From positions 62,001 through 126,000 of the forward strand of contig JAKMXF010000298.1 of NCBI GenBank assembly GCA_024704765.1: a DNA stretch of 64,000 bases, in the 5' to 3' direction. The translations under genes and the position numbers were made by a program. This document shows positions 32,383-43,067 of the stretch, piece by piece; within the stretch, counting starts at the first letter, position 1, and each line of letters starts with the position of its first letter. This DNA is from Oopsacas minuta (lineage: Eukaryota > Animalia > Porifera). The notes beneath the pieces were generated by a model that saw only the letters and a list, made by a program, of their open reading frames with translations, searched no databases and was not told where the DNA came from.

Positions 32383-33205
32383 TCAAATCGCCAAACCTTC
32401 AAAATTTCCATTAAAATCATCATCAAAATAACCATTGTTCCCATTATTATCAGGTTTATCAGGTTTATCTCTCTTCTGAGTTTCTATTCTGCGAGATTTT
32501 CTCTCTGCCTTCGCTAGCTCTTTTCTCTTTTTATTTGACAGAACTGGTACACTCTAAATGAATACTTACTCGATAATACAAAGATTTCGAAATGAGATAG
32601 CCCTGCGAACAACTTCCATATTTCTAACTCGTAGTTATGTGTTCTTTAGAATAATAATTACTTACATCTCGTTTCGTATTTCCCAGACACATCCCTCGAT
32701 CGCATGTTTCTGTAAACATGTCCGAGTAGAACTAATTCGTAAAATGATACGATTTCAAAGTTATTTTGTGGACGGAGACAATACTAATTAACGATAACAG
32801 TGTTTATTCATGTGAATATATAGAATTTTACTCCTAAATACACGCTATATATGTCACACAGGAAAAGTGGGTAAGTCCGTGATTATATAATCACTAACAT
32901 CGTCGTTAATCACAAAATGAATGTTATTATTTAGAAATTAGTATAAACTGCTACGATAGCAATGTTATAATATTGTGCAATGAATACAATCCTTTACTAT
33001 GAGTAAGGGAATTCGTTGGTCTGTTTACAGTTCAAATGACATCAGGTTTACCGTATTTACCCAATAAAGTATTAGTATTGTACATTTATAGGAAATTACA
33101 CCTTGATTAAGTTCATTCATATTTTGACTGAATACTGTAAGATATGAATAATTACTGTGTATATTTGTACCTGTTGTTTCTTGCTTGCATTATTCTTAGC
33201 GTTAG

Positions 33206-33261
<56 letters not shown>

Positions 33262-36200
33262 GGTTTTTCCTTAGGCTCATTCATGGGAACTTTCTGCTGC
33301 TTTTGCCTCTCAATGTCATTAACCTCGTTCTTAATTGGTTCAATAGGGAGAGCAGAGCTTTCTTCTATAAGAATAGAGTATTTAACAGTAGATAATAACT
33401 GTAAATTTAAATATGGCAATGATTGCAAAGTTAAAATAGAAACGGAAAGTGATATTACACAAGATAGTTATAAACTAGCCAATTAGTAGTTTATTAAGAC
33501 TAATACAATGTAATTATGTCAAACTAATTAGAGCAATTATAGCGTCTAAATCCCGTTTAGCAAACAACTCTAGGGTTATGTGAAATTGTGAATTGATCCT
33601 TTGTGTAAAGTTAAAATATTGGCCACTGAATATTGTATATGAAATAATAACCTATTCAAGATCTACAAAACATCTGTAAGGCTAGACTGGTGGTAGTATC
33701 TTCCTCCTACTGTAATTTCCAAGACAGCTTAAAAGCCAAGACGATAGTAATACTATCCAAGAATGTAAAGAATTATTGATTTCTTGTTGTACATTTCTGA
33801 CTCTTTAATAAAGATGGTTCATACTGCATAATTCATAGATGCAATTTGTGACGATTCGTCTGATAGGGCTAGATGAGATGATGAGAAATCAACCAGCATG
33901 CACTATTCCAATAAATTGGAGAAAAGGCACAAACAACAATGTTCCAATAATTAAGATGAAATGGGATCTCTAATCTAATTATGCAAAAGGTCAATTAAAT
34001 TTGTTTATAGCGATTGTGTAGCAGTCACAACTACATGTATATGATGAGCATAATGTATTTTGTTTTTCTAACAAGAACTCTAAGTATAACAGCATTACTC
34101 AAGACGTTGCATTTGAGAACTGTAAAGAGCTATAATATCCTATCTAACACTCAAAATATTATTATTATGCATGAATAAATCAGAATAAATACTCCAATTC
34201 ACCATTCTATGGATTTTACTACCATAAAGACGAACTGATTGTTACATACCCATATTGTTATTATGAAATATTTTAACCCCCTGCAGTTCACAGAATTTGG
34301 AAATGCTATAAAATTCAACAACAAATGGACGTTAGAACACGCTACAGATTAGCCAAGCAGAAATCTAATAGAAAGATTCTAATAGCGATGTTAGGAGTAA
34401 CAATCGCGTTACTCGTACCGATGTATCCAGCATTTATACACCCGTATATCAGTGGATTGAGTTATCAGGATTTGAGGAAAGAAGTTTGGAATCGGAAAAA
34501 GTGACATAATTAGTTTAGTGAAAATTAAATTATTATATGTATTATGATTCTAAATATATTGATTATTGAATACGAACCTCCAATACTTATAATCTGAAGC
34601 ACTTGTACTATTGCTGAACCTATGTCCCAATCATTATCTTCTAAGGCCTGACAAATAGTAGAATTATCCTATATAACAAAGCAAGTAAATAGGAGCACAT
34701 AGTTACAAAACATGAATTCTAAACTGAAGCTCACTTGACAACCTGTTGCTTCGAATACTTGAGTAAATAGGTCATCGAATCCTGGCTTTGCATTAGCGCC
34801 TCCAATTTGAATTGTTTTAGCTTCAGCGTGTTGATATGTTTGTGTAGATTTTATTGGTTTAGTTTCTTTAGATTGGCTAATACTTGTGACCTAAATATAC
34901 ATAATAAATATGAATAGCATAACTCTTAATTCGTTACCTATACACTACCTTTACAGGAGGAGGTCGTTTCTCTTCCCCTTGTATAGCTGGTACAACTGAT
35001 GAATAATGATCCTCTTCATTATGATATGCTAGATGTAACGCTAGCTTAGCTGCTATCCCCGAGTTAGCTTCAATAACCCAGGGCATTTCATCTAACTGAT
35101 GAATTACTATGTCACAGTTACGTAGTCGAGCAAATGCCACGAGAGTTTCGTTACCACCGAACACGCCATCTTTAGACAACTCTTTGACTACAAAATACAA
35201 ATATATTAATGAAGTTCACTAAATTTTCATACAATATTCCTCTTATATAAGTGCATTAATAATTACATATAAAGACACGAGTATTCTAACTCCAAGTTTC
35301 CAACTGTATTCTCCCCTGTTTGATTAGCATTTGAATAATTTCTTCAGCTTCCATCTCACTGATTAAGTTCTGCTCTTTTATAACATCTCTGAAAGCAGCT
35401 AGGACACTACTTGGCATCTCTTTTGCATTACCCGCAATTAATACCATACAATTTTCGTCTAAAAGCTTTGTAATTATTAGTTTCTTTTCAAGAATTACGT
35501 GTTGAACATATGATTTCTGTTCGTTGTCCCTGGAGAAAGCTGTGAAGAAGTTCAACATGTTTGAACTTTCCAACTGTTTCCATTCTTTTTCAAAATAAAA
35601 ATCTTTCGAACAAGAACGACAACCAAAAAACAAATAATTCGAATTAATCCCTCGTGAGGTTCTCTGTAATATAATCGATCTGAAAGGTGCTACCCCAGTG
35701 CCTGGACCAACCATGACCAATGGTACTGTTTCAGAATTGTTCAATTTAAAAGTCGCCTGCTTAATCCAAACAGGAATAGGATCACCTGATTTTAAGTTAG
35801 CTAGCCAATTAGAACATAATCCTAATCTAGGTTTAGGAAGTTTAGTCTTATATTCAATCCTAGCAATTAATAAATGTATCTCTCCAATATGTATCTGTGG
35901 TGATGAAGCTATTGAGAAAGCTCTTGGTCTGATAGCAGGGATAATATCAAGGAGGTAGGTGAGTGGAATAGCCGCACTGCTCTGAGGGAAATCCTCAAGT
36001 ACTTCAAGTAGAGTCTTCCTAGGACGATAGCAATAATCGAACAGATCATCTTGTCCCTCTGCAGAAGAGAACTCTATCAATCTCTCTCTCTCCTTCTCAT
36101 CAGGAGATAGCTTACTTAACAGAGAGAAGAATGATCTACGCGGTCTGCTAGTCAGATCAATGTTATAAGCCAAATCCAATAGACGACACACACTCGTGAT

Positions 36201-37519
36201 GTTACAGGGAATATTACGACTGTCTTCATTTGGAGAGATATACACCATAGTATCAGGATTTAAGTTGAGGAGGGTTAAGAACTTGTCTACTGTATCTACG
36301 GAATTTCTAGGTTGTATCATAGCTATATCACCAGGACAATAGCACAGTTTAGATGTACTAGTATCTAATACTATAAGTCTTGTGTCTTGAAAATGATCTT
36401 GTCGTGTTATTCTATCATTAGATTTTAGTTTAGAGATATAAGGAGAGTATTCAGAATAGCCAGATGAGATTGGAGTAGATTTATTGGCTATTGGATCTGT
36501 TGAGATGTTATACTTTGGAGGTGGTAAGCTGCTATCTGGTCTAATTTCTAACCCAGGAGGAAGTGGGAATAATGACAGAGCTTCTAAGCATACTCCAGAC
36601 ATCCAAGGCAATACGACAGCATCCAACCCTAAGTCATGTTGCTCATCTGCTAGCGCTAGTGGATAGAAAGAAATACCTCCCAATTGTCTCACGCGTTTAT
36701 CAACGCGTTTAGCTACAAAGTTAAACTTCTGATAAGAAGAGTCGCCTAGCCCAAGAACAGCGAACAGACATTTCTCTAAAGAATTGTTCGGTAGCTCGCG
36801 TCTTAAAAGGAATTTCCAAGAAAGTTTCATATTATCTGGCTCTTCTCCTTGTCCAGTCGTAGAGCATATAAATACCACAACACGCTCAGTGATAAGATTC
36901 TGCATTACATAACTATCCATTGAACAAACTCGTACTTTAAAATGTCTGTTTCTGAGTAGGGGACATAGCTCTTCTGCTATATCTTCAGCAGTACCAGTCT
37001 GTGAACCATATAGCACAAGTATACGTCTAGCATGATCCATAGCTTGTAAACCTCTAATTTATCTAGTTAACTGAATTTATATTATAAATATACTATATTG
37101 AACTTACTAAACGCTTCTAGAGTCATTCCTTCTTCTACAAAAGGTCTGAAGTCCGGAGCATTATCTAGAATAAACTGACAAATATGTGCTCTGTACTGCC
37201 AATGTTTAGTGTGATCTTGTTCATATTGATCAGCTAAAGCTCTGAATAAACAATTCCTAAACAACAAACAAAAAACTAAACAAAATAAATTGTGTATAAA
37301 ATCATAGACTATTTACCCATCACCCATGATCTGCTGTAATTTCAGGCCTCTAGTTCTAAGCTGTAGATTTAAACTAATAAAAGATTTATCATTTTCATTA
37401 AGATACTGTCTAGCTTGTCTCTGTCTACGCAGAGCTTTCCTCATGTGATTATTCCTCATATGTTCTTGCTGTCTGTTATGTTGAGAAGCGCTCCCACGTT
37501 TCTTGCCGTTTTTAGGCAT
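32383..37519 (-). CDS. OTUD3: OTU deubiquitinase OTUD3-like, about 7 exons, host of two nested genes
   Basis: Exons approximately 37519-37316 (ending GDG), 37258-37108 (NCLFRALADQ), 35187-34946 (GVFGGNETLVAFAR...HLAYHNEEDHYSSV), about 34890-34735, about 34668-34579 (UBA-like ICQALEDNDWDIGSAI), 33364-33171 (polyQ), 32553-32383 (NKKRKELAK...GLAI*). Phases checked at several junctions. Confidence 0.85.
33214..33259 (-). repeat. Pure (CAA)n microsatellite encoding polyglutamine in OTUD3
   Basis: Plus-strand (TGT/TTG)n; the exon reads KPK-Q14-HQH. Confidence 0.92.
34325..34504 (+). CDS. SMIM20 (MITRAC7/phoenixin precursor)-like microprotein, 59 aa, antisense in an OTUD3 intron
   Basis: Hand translation MDVRTRYRLAKQKSNRKILIAMLGVTIALLVPMYPAFIHPYISGLSYQDLRKEVWNRKK*. 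N.R-TM-YP...P and C-terminal VW match human SMIM20 ([28 protein letters not shown]...KVWSD). It is one residue below the ORF track's apparent 60-aa cutoff. Confidence 0.65.
   Translation: MDVRTRYRLAKQKSNRKILIAMLGVTIALLVPMYPAFIHPYISGLSYQDLRKEVWNRKK
35286..37040 (-). CDS. NDOR1: NADPH-dependent diflavin oxidoreductase 1, intronless, nested on the same strand in OTUD3 intron 2
   Basis: LVLYGSQTGTAED (FMN), STTGQGEEPDNM, LGLGDSSY, RAFSIASSP, VMVGPGTGVAPFRS, FFGCR, FSRD, YVQH, C-terminal QLETWS. Confidence 0.96.
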   Translation of the reverse strand: MDHARRILVLYGSQTGTAEDIAEELCPLLRNRHFKVRVCSMDSYVMQNLITERVVVFICSTTGQGEEPDNMKLSWKFLLRRELPNNSLEKCLFAVLGLGDSSYQKFNFVAKRVDKRVRQLGGISFYPLALADEQHDLGLDAVVLPWMSGVCLEALSLFPLPPGLEIRPDSSLPPPKYNISTDPIANKSTPISSGYSEYSPYISKLKSNDRITRQDHFQDTRLIVLDTSTSKLCYCPGDIAMIQPRNSVDTVDKFLTLLNLNPDTMVYISPNEDSRNIPCNITSVCRLLDLAYNIDLTSRPRRSFFSLLSKLSPDEKERERLIEFSSAEGQDDLFDYCYRPRKTLLEVLEDFPQSSAAIPLTYLLDIIPAIRPRAFSIASSPQIHIGEIHLLIARIEYKTKLPKPRLGLCSNWLANLKSGDPIPVWIKQATFKLNNSETVPLVMVGPGTGVAPFRSIILQRTSRGINSNYLFFGCRSCSKDFYFEKEWKQLESSNMLNFFTAFSRDNEQKSYVQHVILEKKLIITKLLDENCMVLIAGNAKEMPSSVLAAFRDVIKEQNLISEMEAEEIIQMLIKQGRIQLETWS

Positions 37520-37667
37520 TAAAATGCTAAAAATTACATAAATTGGTTATGAGTAAACTGTTTTACAGAATAGTATATTGTTCTGCCATTTACAAGAAAA
37601 TACTAGTCACTAAGAATGCCAACAATAAATATGAATAATGGAGCAATAAATCAACAGCTGGTAATAG

Positions 37668-40600
37668 CTAAGAATCATGTATGACGTCAGATTTTTTACT
37701 CCCCTCCAGTTCAAATGGTGGGGGATCATTTTCAGGGATGGTAATCTCAATTTGGTTATGTGTGGGTGTGTTCGTCTCTGTGCTCTGTACAGGAGGCAAT
37801 GGAGGTTGTATAATTATAACCTGATCAATGTCTAGTATGTCTGTATGACTAATCTCAACCAGAGGACTGCGAGTAGAGGGTTTTGAATCTGTTGGTGGCG
37901 ATGTCACGGTGAGCACAGTAGTAACCTGGCCTGGAAATAATTCATGCATCAAGTTTGGTAGAAATTCGTGTATGATGTGGCATGTAGTATCCCATAGAGA
38001 AGCATTGTTAAATTGAATTTTAGAATTTTCAAATATATCAGCTGTTTTCATCACAAGTAGCATGTTTTTAAGACACTCAGGTATAGCCTCACAGAGAAGA
38101 TCTGAATTCTCAAGTAACATGTAATGTTTCATATAATCCAATATTTGTATCCATAAATCAACGAATTCAGGTAATGCCTGTAGATTAGTTAAATGTTGTA
38201 AGAATACTTTACAGAGGATAGTAATAGATCTTGTACGCGTCTCCTCTAATGAAGATGAAGTAATAGATTTATCCTTTTTGAGAAGATAGTCTAAAAGAGG
38301 GAAGAATATCCTCTCTAAACAATTCAACCAATTTCTTACATGCATATCAGCTAAATGCGGAGATAATAGAGATTTCTGTAAGACAGTAAATGCTGATTGT
38401 CTGAGGCTACGATTACGTGAAGTAGCAAGGTTAGCCATACCCTGTAGCAAAGGACAATAACCTTTAACCCATGCTACTCGCTTAAGGTCAGAGTTCATGC
38501 CTTCTGCAGTGAAATGTAACTCATCTAATGCTATCTGAGTACAAATCTCATGTACATGATTAAATGTTACTACCAATAAATTCAAGCATTTTTGTTGTTC
38601 CTTTTCCCAGAATGGGACAGACAGGAGATTGGAATTAGGATTGGTCTCAGCTGTTCTGGGATTTATAGGATCAGAAGATGGAGGTAGATGGGAGGTAACC
38701 TCAGCAAATGTGCGGACTGCATGTGTGAAAGCAAGGATGTTAGTAGCGGATAGAGAAGGACAATGATCTAAGAGTAGAGAGCTAATTAACGTCAATGCCT
38801 GTTGATATGAGTCTAGGCAAGATGTGAATCTATACGGTACTGGGCATAGAGTTAACCGATCCTTCGGATCAAGAGAGAACTCCCAAGGAACTTGTAATAT
38901 CTTTTGACTTATCCTAGAGTTATCACTTGTAGTTCTAGCTAGCTCATTTCGAAATGATACTAAATCAGGACAACAACCAGAACCTGTTAGCTCAACAATC
39001 GCGAAAATAACCGACCAATCATGCACTCTACGTATCAACAGATGTCTTGTAGATATTATCTTTCTAATACCAGCTAATAGTTGTGCTCCTATCTCTGTCA
39101 GGAGTGTTTGGGGTATACATAGAAATATCTTGAGAGACTGGAGAGCTCTCTCACTCATTGAGCCCATTGAAAATAGACTATTTATAGCCTGTAGGAGAGA
39201 GACAACAGCACGCTCACAAAACCGCAGAGAAGACATACCATTTAGAATTAACGAGAAAAGATGGGTTTCTAATTCCTGCCAGAACGAAGCAGCTCTATCC
39301 CTGTTCGTTGTTGTAATCTTAACGAGTAGTTCAAGAAAGAAAATTGACTTTTCTTCTTCAGCATGACTCATTGTCTCTTGATTATTTTGACTGAAAGTAA
39401 TTAGAGATCTAATTAGCTCCTGAAGAGAAGCTAAACAGAGATACTTAGTGTCTTGTAGGAGTTTATCGATGTTACAATTACGTATGCACTCTAATGCAGA
39501 TTCTTTTGCTTTAACCTCGTTAGCATTTGGTACTCTCTGGCTGTCAGAAGTCATGTAAGATAGTATTGAGGATATAATAGAAGCATCTTGCTTGTTACCA
39601 GCATTCTCTGTGTATGAAATTATCTCTTCAAATTCAGTGAGATAGTTCTCGACAGATAGAAGCTCTATCGGGAATAATTGAGCTTGGTATATACGGAATA
39701 AGCTTAAGAGAATATCCTTCCAACCTAAAAAGAACAATTACAGTCAACTCTGTTATATCGAATACGGATATATCGAAGTATGTAATTACACAAATTTTTC
39801 GGTCCCAAACCATCAAAGTAACAAATACTTAATCTGTGTTATACCAAAGTAATTATCACGGTCCCTTTAACTCCGATATAATGAGAGTTGACTGGATTCA
39901 TAGAACAACATTTAACTTACTATCTCGCATGATATTTCCGTGAGCAATACAGATATCAAATACAGCAGATATAGATAGCTTAGCATGGCTGCTTGATCCA
40001 AAGAGTAGAACAAAATCTTCCAAATTTTCTACGGGACTTAACAAGTAAGAGAAATTAGAAACTGTGTGTATAACTTTATCAAGGATAAACGGTTGATTGA
40101 AATGAGAAGACACTAAACTCAATTGCTTGAATCCCTCAATAGCTTTAAGTATTATAGCCTCACAAGTAGCATTCTCAAACACGAAAGATAACACAGATAT
40201 AGTTGGTCTCCATATCAAACCGAAAATATCTTTATCATATTCTGGGATAAGAGCAGGGAAGAAATCATAAAACTGAGCCTCGGGGCTTGTAGATAGTTTG
40301 CTAGCCATCTTCCATAAATGTTCATCTAATACAATTCCTCCCTTCTCTTCAGGAATAACGATTTCATTCTCTTTTATATCAGTATAAATACCCCTCAACA
40401 TCTCAACAGGGAAATTCTTTCCACCATTCATTTCACGTTGTATACGATTAAAAGCTTCAAAACTCATTGGATCTTTAACCTCAGGATTATGTTGATCTGT
40501 ATTCAGCATTAGAATTGCATATGTTAATACAAAAACAGCATCAACATTAGCGAATACATTTCCTATACCATTTTCATTCTCTTCTAACCAGTAATCAGAG

Positions 40601-42866
40601 AATATTTCCATTACACGTTGTATTACCGGAGCTTCGCCAGAGAGGCGAATCGATTGATTGAATTCTCTCACAGCTGATAGTAATGGTAACCCATTGAAAT
40701 CTGATTGTTTAATAAATTCTGTTAGAGTAGTCTCTAACTTTTTATTACAGAGGTATTCACCTAAGGAAATGTATTATAACAATTATACTCAGCATTTTAT
40801 AAATAAATAACAATGAACAACATTTACAGTCACCTCCAGTTATATCGAAGCTCAAGGACCGAGATAATGACTTAGATATAACCGATAAAAATTCATTACT
40901 TTGACGGTTTGCGGCATTTTTGTATAATTTCAGGCTTATTGGATATATCCGCGTGTTCGATATAGCGGCAGTTGACTGTAATATATTCAGATAACAAACT
41001 CACCAATAGATTTCTTGCTCAGCCAAGGATTGCGCTTTAATAGAACCGCTACTTCCATCGGTTCTGGAGGATTCTTTAGAAGTTTATGAGAAATAAAGTA
41101 CTCAATTCCTTCTGATGGTTTTTGGGTAAATGCCAGACTACCAGCTAATAATTCTTTCTTAATAGAACGGATATTAACAGCATCTTCTGGTGTCAGTTTT
41201 CGTGATTTCGCAGAATCTACCTGAGCTGTGCTGTCATCAGAGTTAGCTACAGTATGGTGACGTGCGATATTTCGCGATATATTAACTACAGCTTCACAAG
41301 CCAGCATATGCAGTGTTGACAATCCATTCTGTGAATTATCCAGATTTGACAGGAATATGCATGTATCTTCAAATAAATTTCGCTGATATAAACAACAGTC
41401 ATAATTGATATAAATGTCTCTCGCGAAATTCGGTGCGTTCAGAATTTGCACTAAATTCTCCATAATAATCTCTTTTTTAGCAAAAAACAGTTTTTCATTG
41501 CTTACCATCTCCATTAATTTATTATAGAATATCTCAAGTTGAAGCTTCAAAAAACTGCGAAACGTCACAAATAGAATATACGCGTTCTGTAACACACTAG
41601 CGAATATCTGTAAACTATCATGACGTAACAGAAACACCAAATATTTACACACATTATCCTGTATCAGTTTCACAAGTGTAGGGAAACAATCCAAGTTAGC
41701 AGGCAAATTCTCCAAAACAGTTTTCAATAAATTCAAACCAATCTTCAACATTTGTGTAGAATTCCTCTTATCAAACGGATTAATGAGAGAAGCTACAAAC
41801 CTAATAGATTCTTTAATACAAGGCAGACCATAAGGTTGGTACGGAGGCCTCTCTTTGGTATGATTTAGCTCAGAATTAGTGATATTATTAGACAGCTGAT
41901 ATGCATCAGTTAATACTGGTATATCAGTGGTAATCTCTGTATCTTCTATATCTATACAAACGGAGAGAAGTATAAATTAATAATACAGGGGATAAACAAT
42001 CACTGACCTAGCAAGCCATTAGTTGAAGGATTATCTTCAATCTTATCAGTTACCACTTCCTCAGTACCTCTCCCCATGTCTTCTGTATAAGACTCACTAT
42101 CTCCTGTATAAGAAGTAGAATCTGACAAATTTTCCCTCTGTAAGGTCACTTCCTGTTCGCTCTCAGAATGATTCTCTTCTGTGAAATCTCTCGCTCTCCT
42201 AAGGATGTGACGTAACAAATCATTCAAGGTCTCTTCAGAGTCTTTTCTTAACAATTCAGAGAGACGAACTTCAAAACAAATCCTGAAACAGGATTGCAGA
42301 CATTCACATATATTCTCATTGGATAAGAACACACCTAACGGACTAGTAATCATATTCCTTAGTACTGTCAGTATCCAAATGAGAACCACTTCATCCTTAG
42401 CTTGTTCATTACCTTGAAACCTCGTGTGTGTTATAACGTGAGCTAGCGTGTCTATTGACTCCATAATACCTACAAAATTATATAACTATTGATTGCCTTT
42501 TATGGTAATCTCTCTTATAATTATACCTTTAGAGTTAGCACTGATAACCTCGTAGATAATAAACTTGTTAAGACTAAGCAGTGCTAGGCCTGTGATATAA
42601 CCGCTTATACTCTCATCACGTATAATACCAATGAAGGGGGCTAGTAGCATACTACAATCTAGCTCAAATAGATCTGATAGAGAGATGAGAGTGCTCCGCA
42701 GGAAATAGAGACTTTTAAGAAATTCGTCAGGTTCCTCATCAATACTGCGAAATGTAGAGGTTGTACCCCAGCGAGATGTTGATACTTTCCGCATAGAAGT
42801 GATGAGAGTTGTAATCTCATTCTGAACAATTTGTATTGAGCGATGTTGTGTATTCTTATCATCCAT
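37668..42866 (-). CDS. GBF1: Golgi brefeldin A-resistance Arf-GEF (Sec7 domain), multi-exon
   Basis: ITGLALLSLNKF, VITHTRFQG...DEVVL, PYGLPCIKE, YINYDC, IRLSGEAPVIQRVME, YAILMLNTDQHN, HDS domains; GT-AG introns, two enlarged by MITEs. Confidence 0.95.
39741..39894 (-). mobile_element. Tc1/mariner (pogo/Tigger-like) MITE, family A, in a GBF1 intron
   Basis: TIRs CAGTCAACTCT(G/CA)TTATATCG at both ends; TA on the left, right TSD eroded. Its reverse complement aligns with the copies at 40827 and 51895. Confidence 0.85.
40827..40978 (+). mobile_element. pogo/Tigger-like MITE, family A, in a GBF1 intron
   Basis: TA|CAGTCACCTCCAGTTATATCGAAGCTCAAGG ... CGATATAGCGGCAGTTGACTG|TA: imperfect TIRs with TA target duplication. 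Confidence 0.88.
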
Positions 42867-42902
42867 AAGTAACTATACTATACAGAAAAATATTAGCATT
42901 TA

Positions 42903-43008
42903 CAGCTGTAAGAACTCATTGTGTGTAACAATTCATGTCCTTATAACCGGCATAAATATACAGGAATATATGAGAACCGTTTGCAGAGGGTGTTGCATAT
43001 ATCCGGTG
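42903..43008 (+). mobile_element. MITE family B (eroded), between CCDC175 and GBF1
   Basis: Homologous to 49741-49863 (CATGT.CTTATAACC.GCATAA.TATACAGGAA.ATATGAGAACC.TTT); TA at both ends. Confidence 0.7.
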
Positions 43009-43067
43009 TAATTAATATATGAATATATTTTGTTATATACTTTAATACGAACACAGTGATACAAGGC

